From Bacteroidales bacterium (GTDB lineage Bacteria; Bacteroidota; Bacteroidia; Bacteroidales; VadinHA17): DNA of 64,000 nucleotides. Below are positions 58,079 to 64,000 of this stretch, piece after piece. The notes under the pieces are model-generated. The model was not told the origin of the DNA and did not search any database. It worked only from the letters and a program-made list of their open reading frames with translations. The position numbers were made by a program, and so were the translations under genes. Where the stretch lies: NCBI GenBank assembly GCA_041303415.1, contig JBFYPG010000116.1:2227-66226 (forward strand), written 5' to 3'. Position 1 is the first letter of the stretch. Each line of letters begins with the position of its first letter.

Positions 58079-58966
58079 TTGATTCAGAAGCCGGCATATA
58101 TTAATGTAAAGGGTAAACTGCTCGATCTGTCAGTCCCGAGAGTGATGGGGATCATCAACGTCACACCTGATTCTTTTTACAAAGACAGCAGGGTTACAGA
58201 TGAGCATGAGATCATTAGGGTAGCTTCTGAAATGCTGAGTGACGGTGCTGATATGCTCGATATCGGGGGCTATTCGTCACGGCCCGGGGCAGCAGATGTA
58301 ACGCCGGATGAGGAGAAGAAAAGAGTTCTTAATGCTTTGTGCCTGATCCACAAGACATTTCCCGATGCAATTCTTTCGATAGATACTTTCAGGTCTGACA
58401 TTGCAAATGAGGCAGTCCTTCACTGCGGCGCCTCTGTTATTAACGATATTTCCGGGGGCGAAGCAGATAAGAATATGTTCACCGTGGTAAGAGACCTTAA
58501 CGTTCCGTACATCATAATGCACATGCAAGGCAAGCCTGCGAACATGCAGGAAAATCCTGTTTATGAAGATGTTGTGGCCGATCTGCTGAAATGGTTCGGA
58601 GAGAGGATCGTGAAGCTGCATTCAATGGGAGTGAAGGATGTGATAATCGACCCGGGATTCGGATTCGGTAAGACAGTAAAACATAACTATGAGCTGCTTG
58701 ACCGTCTGGGTGATTTTTCAATAACCGGATTGCCCCTGCTGGCGGGATTATCAAGGAAATCAATGGTATGGAAGACGCTTGGCGTCAGTCCTGATGAAGC
58801 TCTGAACGGCACAACTGTCCTTAATACTATCGCATTGATGAAGGGCGCTGACATATTGAGGGTTCATGATGTCAGGGAAGCAGTACAGGCAGTAAGACTT
58901 GTTGAGATGATAAAAGCCCGCGATGAAAAAAAGAAGATTATGGATTTTGTAACAAAAGCAAGATGA
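58079..58966 (+). CDS. folP: Dihydropteroate synthase
   Basis: MGIINVTPDSF, GGYSSRPG, DPGFGF, SRKS and LRVHDV motifs. Confidence 0.97.
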   Translation: MIQKPAYINVKGKLLDLSVPRVMGIINVTPDSFYKDSRVTDEHEIIRVASEMLSDGADMLDIGGYSSRPGAADVTPDEEKKRVLNALCLIHKTFPDAILSIDTFRSDIANEAVLHCGASVINDISGGEADKNMFTVVRDLNVPYIIMHMQGKPANMQENPVYEDVVADLLKWFGERIVKLHSMGVKDVIIDPGFGFGKTVKHNYELLDRLGDFSITGLPLLAGLSRKSMVWKTLGVSPDEALNGTTVLNTIALMKGADILRVHDVREAVQAVRLVEMIKARDEKKKIMDFVTKAR

Positions 58967-59739
58967 TTGTTCCTGTAACAGTTTTGGATGTTATTGATAT
59001 TGTTCTCGTTGCGCTGATCATGTTTCAGCTGTACAGGATAATAAAAGGCACCGCGGCTTTCAGCATATTCCTGGCAGTATTTTTCATTTACCTTTTCTGG
59101 CTGATCGTGAAAGCGCTGAATATGCAACTTGTCAGTTCAATGCTCGGACAGGTCATTGGAGTTGGCGTGATCGCACTGATAGTTGTATTTCAGCAGGAGG
59201 TGAGGCGGTTTCTTCTCGTAATGGGCAACCGGTACCTGAAAAACAGCAAGTTCTCAATAACAAGGTTTTTAACAGGCGTCAAGGATGAGCCGGGTGGACC
59301 AATAATAGCCGAGCAGATCGTCAGGGCCGCCGAGTCGATGGCATCAAAAAAAATTGGAAGCCTAATTGTTATTGCCAGGCAGGGTAGGCTCGATCTGTTC
59401 ACCGAAGGCGGTGAAATACTGAAAGCCAGGATCAGCGCGGAATTGCTCGAGACGATCTTCTTCAAAAACACTCCGTTGCACGACGGCGCCGTTCTGATAG
59501 AGGATGACCTGATACTTGCAGCCCGCTGCCCGCTGCCCGTGACTGATCAGCTTACTATACCTACACGCTTCGGCATGCGGCACCGTGCCGCAATTGGAAT
59601 GTCGGAAAACTCCGACGCCCTGGTCATTGTTGTGTCGGAGGAGACCGGGCATATCTCGGTTGCTGACGGCGGCGAGATAAGGGAGAACCTTACTTCAAAC
59701 GAGCTCCGGAATATCCTCCTGATGGAGAAAATATGGTAA
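58963..59739 (+). CDS. cdaA: Diadenylate cyclase CdaA
   Basis: Three TM helices, FQQEVRRFL, LHDGA and GMRHRAA motifs. Confidence 0.95.
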   Translation: MIVPVTVLDVIDIVLVALIMFQLYRIIKGTAAFSIFLAVFFIYLFWLIVKALNMQLVSSMLGQVIGVGVIALIVVFQQEVRRFLLVMGNRYLKNSKFSITRFLTGVKDEPGGPIIAEQIVRAAESMASKKIGSLIVIARQGRLDLFTEGGEILKARISAELLETIFFKNTPLHDGAVLIEDDLILAARCPLPVTDQLTIPTRFGMRHRAAIGMSENSDALVIVVSEETGHISVADGGEIRENLTSNELRNILLMEKIW

Positions 59740-59770
59740 AAACCCGCACCCCGCAACCAGAGGAATAGTA

Positions 59771-60493
59771 TTACAATTTTTCTAAAAGACTGATAACCAT
59801 ATCCTCATTGTTTTCTGAAGTTTTCCTGCTCATAGAAGAGTTAATAAGCTCTTTTTTGCCGGGGAGGAACTTAATCAGAGAATTCCTGCTCAGCTGTACC
59901 TGGTGAAGAAGTCCGTCAGATCCGGACATATAGTATTTCGTGACATCCAGGTATTCATCGAAGCGCCTGTCGGAACTGTATGCCCCTTTGTAATCAGCTT
60001 CAAGAAATTTCTTTTCCGGAACTTTAATAAACAGGACCGATCCTTCAAAAAGCGCCTGGTAAAGCCGTACCTCCTTCAGAGGTTTCTCAAAATTCAGGCC
60101 TGCAGTAGACCTGAAAACCAGCTCATTGGCCCTGTTCTCAATTATGAGCTCTTTCACACTTTCAGCCGGAAGCTCAAACAGCGTTTTTGTTTTGGGATCA
60201 ATATACAACACTGCATTGCCGGTCAGGTCAAGATCGGTATCAAATTTTATGTAAATATCGTTGTCATTCAGAAGCAGGTATGATGGAAGAAGCGTATCAA
60301 ACATTCTGGGAGTTCCTTTAATCCCTTCATACCTGTTGTCGAATCCCATTGCTCCGTCGGAATAAGGCTTCAGACCGGCAACTGCATTAAGGTTTTGCTG
60401 TGCCGTAACCCCTGTTTGATATACATTTGTGCGCTGGGAATAAACGACCGTGATCGCCGTGAGGAAGAGAAGGAAAAGAAATAGCTTTTTCAT
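59771..60493 (-). CDS. Hypothetical secreted protein
   Basis: Signal peptide; GIKGTPRMFD opening typical of a common Bacteroidota hypothetical family. Confidence 0.75.
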   Translation of the reverse strand: MKKLFLFLLFLTAITVVYSQRTNVYQTGVTAQQNLNAVAGLKPYSDGAMGFDNRYEGIKGTPRMFDTLLPSYLLLNDNDIYIKFDTDLDLTGNAVLYIDPKTKTLFELPAESVKELIIENRANELVFRSTAGLNFEKPLKEVRLYQALFEGSVLFIKVPEKKFLEADYKGAYSSDRRFDEYLDVTKYYMSGSDGLLHQVQLSRNSLIKFLPGKKELINSSMSRKTSENNEDMVISLLEKL

Positions 60494-60656
60494 TTCGTGG
60501 TAAGTTAATGCTTAATGATACCTGACATATACTAAGCTGTAAATATCTTCCATTTGCTTCTCTTTTCAAAAAAAAAGGTGGAATATTTCAAGCCTGGTTT
60601 CAGTTGGATAAATGCTTTTATATTAAGTTTGAACGGTTATTTTACAGTCATATTGC

Positions 60657-61487
60657 ATGTCGTTAACAGTTGAATCAGGTTTACCTGTAATCCTTGTTAC
60701 AGGAGGCACTTCAGGTCTTGGTCTTGAAATTGTCAGGCTCTTCCTGGGAAAAGACTGGTTTGTTGTTGCAACAGGAAGGAAGCCCCTCACGATAGATGGA
60801 TATGAGGATAGATTCAGGCTTTACCGGACCGATTTTGACGATCTGAAAAAGACCGCGGCCACTATCAGGACGATCTGCAGGAATCATCAGATCAGCTATG
60901 TTGTAAATAACGCAGGAGTATTAAGTCCGCCTGATTTCACCCTTACCGGGAATGGGCATGAATATACATTCCAGGTTAACTTTCTTTCACATCTGCTTAT
61001 AAATGAGGTTATTATTCAGGAAAACAAAAACTCATGCCCTATCTGTATTGCCGCAATTACCTCCCTGGTTCACAAGCTGGCTAAAACCGATATGAACTAC
61101 TGCAGGCAGAAAGAAGATTATTCATCACTGAAAGCATATAGTGACTCAAAATTCTTTCTTACGCTGATGTGCAGGCACCTTGCAGATAAATATCAGCACG
61201 CCGGGGTGACCTGTTTCAGCCTTGATCCCGGAATATTCGTATCATCGATATACAGGATGCAGAAAGGGTGGTTCAGGTTCCTGTACCGTATTGCGGCCCC
61301 TTTCATGAGAAGGCCGTCAGGCGTTGCAAAAGTGCTGGGAGAGCTCATGACCGGACGGGATCTTGTCAGCGGTCCAATGTACGGCATAAGGAAAAAAATC
61401 AGAACAACGAAAGATATCGATCCGGCATCTTTGGATAACTTCTGGAAGGAATGCTATTCAGACATCGGCGATTACTTAAACAAATAG
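60657..61487 (+). CDS. SDR family oxidoreductase
   Basis: TGGTSGLG, NNAG, VNFLSH and YxxxK (YSDSK) motifs. Confidence 0.9.
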   Translation: MSLTVESGLPVILVTGGTSGLGLEIVRLFLGKDWFVVATGRKPLTIDGYEDRFRLYRTDFDDLKKTAATIRTICRNHQISYVVNNAGVLSPPDFTLTGNGHEYTFQVNFLSHLLINEVIIQENKNSCPICIAAITSLVHKLAKTDMNYCRQKEDYSSLKAYSDSKFFLTLMCRHLADKYQHAGVTCFSLDPGIFVSSIYRMQKGWFRFLYRIAAPFMRRPSGVAKVLGELMTGRDLVSGPMYGIRKKIRTTKDIDPASLDNFWKECYSDIGDYLNK

Positions 61488-61574
61488 AACTATCAGGCAT
61501 TCAGATTTTCACTGCTTTTTTATAAATTAGCGTCTGATTCTACAGTTTTCCTTAATAGCAAGAAATATTCAATT

Positions 61575-62189
61575 ATGAAAAACCTATTTATAAAGATCAT
61601 GGTATTATTAAGTTTTCTGGGTATTTCGGGTTGCAAGAGTTCAACTGATCCATCAGCATGGAATTCAAAGCAGACTGATAAATGGTTTGAAAAAGGTGAA
61701 TGGCTTGGCGGGTGGCAGGTAAAACCCGATGCCTCAATAAACCGTAAGGAATTTGCCATCTCATATTTCAGGCATAAAGAGAGATGGGATAAGGCATTCG
61801 CTTTTCTCAGGGATAATGACCTGGCAAAGCTGGAGGTGAAAAGATTTGAAATTTCAGGCAGTGATGTCTATGCCCCTGTAAGCGAATACATGACAAAAAA
61901 TGAGGAGGATGCACGTTATGAATCACACATCAGATATGCGGATATACAATATGTCATTTGCGGCAAAGAACTCATTGGAATAGCTCCGCAGTCAGAAATG
62001 AAGGAAATCCTTGAATCTTACAATGAGGCGAACGACATCATGTTCATGACGGTGAACAGCATCAGCAATTATAATGCTGCTCCTGACAGGTTTTTCATCT
62101 TTTTTCCGGGCGACCTTCACAGGCCGGGACTGAAAGACGGGGAAAATGCTCCTGTAAGGAAAATAGTAGTAAAAGTTAAACTTGATTAG
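61575..62189 (+). CDS. YhcH/YjgK/YiaL (DUF386) family protein, lipoprotein form
   Basis: YESHIRYADIQY and FFIFFPGDLHRP motifs; N-terminal lipobox (ISGC). Confidence 0.88.
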   Translation: MKNLFIKIMVLLSFLGISGCKSSTDPSAWNSKQTDKWFEKGEWLGGWQVKPDASINRKEFAISYFRHKERWDKAFAFLRDNDLAKLEVKRFEISGSDVYAPVSEYMTKNEEDARYESHIRYADIQYVICGKELIGIAPQSEMKEILESYNEANDIMFMTVNSISNYNAAPDRFFIFFPGDLHRPGLKDGENAPVRKIVVKVKLD

Positions 62190-62213
62190 TCCGCTACCCC
62201 GCACCCCGCAACA

Positions 62214-63656
62214 CTATTTCACGTACTCTATTTCCATCTCATAATCCCACTGATCGTAATAGAGGTTCCCGCCTTTCCATTCAACTTCTCCCCGCTGGAA
62301 GTCATAAGGGTCGCTTCTGAGAAATCTCTTTTCGGGTATAAATGATCCTGCAATCCCGTCATTGGCAATGAGCCTGTAGGAGTCTATGCCGGAAAGGTAA
62401 AATTCCCTTAGTCCGGGGATGCCTGAATCCTGGAGATCGTACGAAACATCTGCAGGCACCCAACCGGTTCCTTCAAAATAAACCTCGCACCAGTCGTGGA
62501 GATTTTCAGAACCGGGAGGCACCATCCAGCCGCTCTGCCACCTGACAGGAATGCCCTTGTACCTGAGCATCGACATGAACAGGAGTGTCTGCATCCCGCA
62601 ATCACCCCTGCGGTTCTGAATAACATACTCAGGGATATTGGCCATCGTTGAATATTCCAGTGCCCCGGTCCAGGGGATGTTCTCCTTGAACCACATATAA
62701 ATTTTCTTTACTGTCACAACGGGATCACCCTCGGGGCCGGTTATTGAATCAGCCAGCCTCCTGACGTTTTCAGTGAAGCATATCTGAGGCAGCTGTTCTG
62801 AAGTATATTTTCTAAATAGATCAGATGATCTGTCATACGGTAATACTTTGATCTGGTTTAAGTTAAAATACTGTCCTGCAGACTGATACCTGTATCTGAC
62901 CCGAAAAATTGCAGGTTCTCCGTCACGTGCCGGTTTTTCCATATATATTGAGCGGTGGAGTGCTGAATCGGGAGCTATTACATATCCCGGCTCTGATGCT
63001 GAAATTAGTTCCGGGGCTTTCTGCCGGGGATGCGATCCTTTGGGCCATGGTATCCAGCAGCGGATTGTTTCCCCGCCAGGAACAGCATCGGGTTGCACCG
63101 TCAGGGTAAAAGTGATAATCATATCTGCCGGAACAACAGGTTTTGAATCATGGACTGAAGCTCTCAGTATCTTACCGGTATGATTCAGTCTTAAAATCAT
63201 ATCAGGATCTTCGCTGATTGACTTAAGCCGGGCTTCACTGCCTTCGTAGAATCCTCTCAACAACATCAGGTTTGAGGCAGCCCTGTTGAAGTATCTCTTC
63301 CGGCCATCGATAACCCTGTACTCAAGCCATCTTTTGTTTTCCCAGGCATTGATATCCTCATCGCTTACCTCTCCCGCCGCTCTTTCAATTCTTTCAATTA
63401 TCCCGTCCCTGCTTAAGCTGAAATCAAGCCTTATCCTGGTGGAGATGTCGATCAGCGAATCAGCTTTGCGGATTGATGCTGACTCATCCTGACAGTATAT
63501 CTTAAGTGAATCTGACAGTGTAACCACCTGAGTGAAATCGCCTTTATCAAAACTGATTTCAATATCATCCATTATCCTGGTGCAATTAATATCCTGTTTA
63601 CATGACAGTGCTGCTGCCGATATGACTATGACAAAAATGCATTTACGGAAGTTCAT
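62214..63656 (-). CDS. Transglutaminase-like domain lipoprotein
   Basis: Lipobox (ALSC); catalytic triad motifs GDCG, LHDW and WVPAD. Confidence 0.88.
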   Translation of the reverse strand: MNFRKCIFVIVISAAALSCKQDINCTRIMDDIEISFDKGDFTQVVTLSDSLKIYCQDESASIRKADSLIDISTRIRLDFSLSRDGIIERIERAAGEVSDEDINAWENKRWLEYRVIDGRKRYFNRAASNLMLLRGFYEGSEARLKSISEDPDMILRLNHTGKILRASVHDSKPVVPADMIITFTLTVQPDAVPGGETIRCWIPWPKGSHPRQKAPELISASEPGYVIAPDSALHRSIYMEKPARDGEPAIFRVRYRYQSAGQYFNLNQIKVLPYDRSSDLFRKYTSEQLPQICFTENVRRLADSITGPEGDPVVTVKKIYMWFKENIPWTGALEYSTMANIPEYVIQNRRGDCGMQTLLFMSMLRYKGIPVRWQSGWMVPPGSENLHDWCEVYFEGTGWVPADVSYDLQDSGIPGLREFYLSGIDSYRLIANDGIAGSFIPEKRFLRSDPYDFQRGEVEWKGGNLYYDQWDYEMEIEYVK

Positions 63657-63697
63657 ACAATAAATTTTACAATAAAGATAATTGTTTCCACTCAGAA

Positions 63698-63746
63698 CCT
63701 GTACCCTGTACCCTGTACCCTGTACCCTGCACCCTGTACCCTGTAC
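63698..63746. repeat. Tandem heptamer (CCTGTAC)x7
   Basis: Six exact copies plus one CCTGCAC, linking it to the 32263 array. Confidence 0.9.
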
Positions 63747-63766
63747 TTAATATTCCCAGTTCTTAT

Positions 63767-63774
63767 TATATTTG
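63767..63774 (+). promoter_or_regulatory. -7 box (TATATTTG)
   Basis: TAnnTTTG 7 bp upstream of ATG 63782. Confidence 0.5.
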
Positions 63775-63781
63775 TTTTGCC

Positions 63782-63883
63782 ATGCTGAATCTCGACCACA
63801 TAGCATTATGGGTCATGGACCTTGAGCGGGAAAAAGAGTTTTTCCTGAGATGTTTTGATTGCACTGAGGAGAAAACAACCTGA
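63782..63883 (+). pseudogene. Truncated VOC/glyoxalase-family gene
   Basis: MLNLDHIALWVMDLEREKEFFLRCFDC matches the first beta-alpha unit of VOC proteins, then stops after 33 aa. Confidence 0.65.
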
Positions 63884-63921
63884 TAGAAATTGTATCTGCA
63901 TAAACCTATAAATCTGTAACT

Positions 63922-64000
63922 ATGGCAAAAGTAGCAATGCTCGGAGCCGGTTTTATCGGCGATTTTTACACTTATTCACTCCACGGTCAGCGTAACCGCG
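63922..64000 (+). CDS. Gfo/Idh/MocA family oxidoreductase, N-terminus (runs off the right edge)
   Basis: MAKVAMLGAGFIGDFY Rossmann motif. Confidence 0.7.
   Translation, partial: MAKVAMLGAGFIGDFYTYSLHGQRNR

Noticed and set aside
1-64000. tRNA, rRNA, transposase, integrase or prophage genes
   Set aside because: None recognised; intergenic gaps are short and explained by promoters, terminators and repeats.

Overview
A 64-kb chromosomal segment of a Bacteroidota (probably Bacteroidales-like) bacterium. The assignment is inferred from TAnnTTTG promoter boxes, BT_3928-, PorE- and DUF1015-type genes and gene order. Bases 1-9.8 kb are an accessory island with every gene on the minus strand: a LytS/LytTR two-component pair, S41, serine-hydrolase and CAAX peptidases, two SnoaL/NTF2 paralogs, a GT8-like protein and several gene relics. 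One relic is a PD40-family gene split around two intact genes. The remainder is mostly housekeeping: pgm, rfbACD, ugd (in-frame TGA), rpsA-STAS-rnz-guaA-ctpA, an rRNA methyltransferase, siaB-siaC, a 1022-aa ABC protein, clpB, Hpt-STAS, an OmpA/PD40 protein, gcvT-comB-serC-serA-DUF1015-yggS-pyrD-like, uvrA, an ECF sigma, SPFH-Arc, rsmE, a 1499-aa beta-rich secreted protein, tpiA, BT_3928, tmk, folP-cdaA and a transglutaminase-like lipoprotein. Intergenic DNA holds several families of miniature palindromic and tandem repeats, including nested copies and a perfect (GCCCTAAC)13 array. I found no rRNA, tRNA, CRISPR array, integrase or transposase. The best candidate systems are the orphan SiaB/SiaC kinase-substrate pair next to a TerB/FHA-like ABC transporter, a SerB-less serine cluster containing ComB and DUF1015, the 1499-aa putative bridge-like protein, and the repeat families. 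All product calls come from motif recognition by eye; no database search was run.
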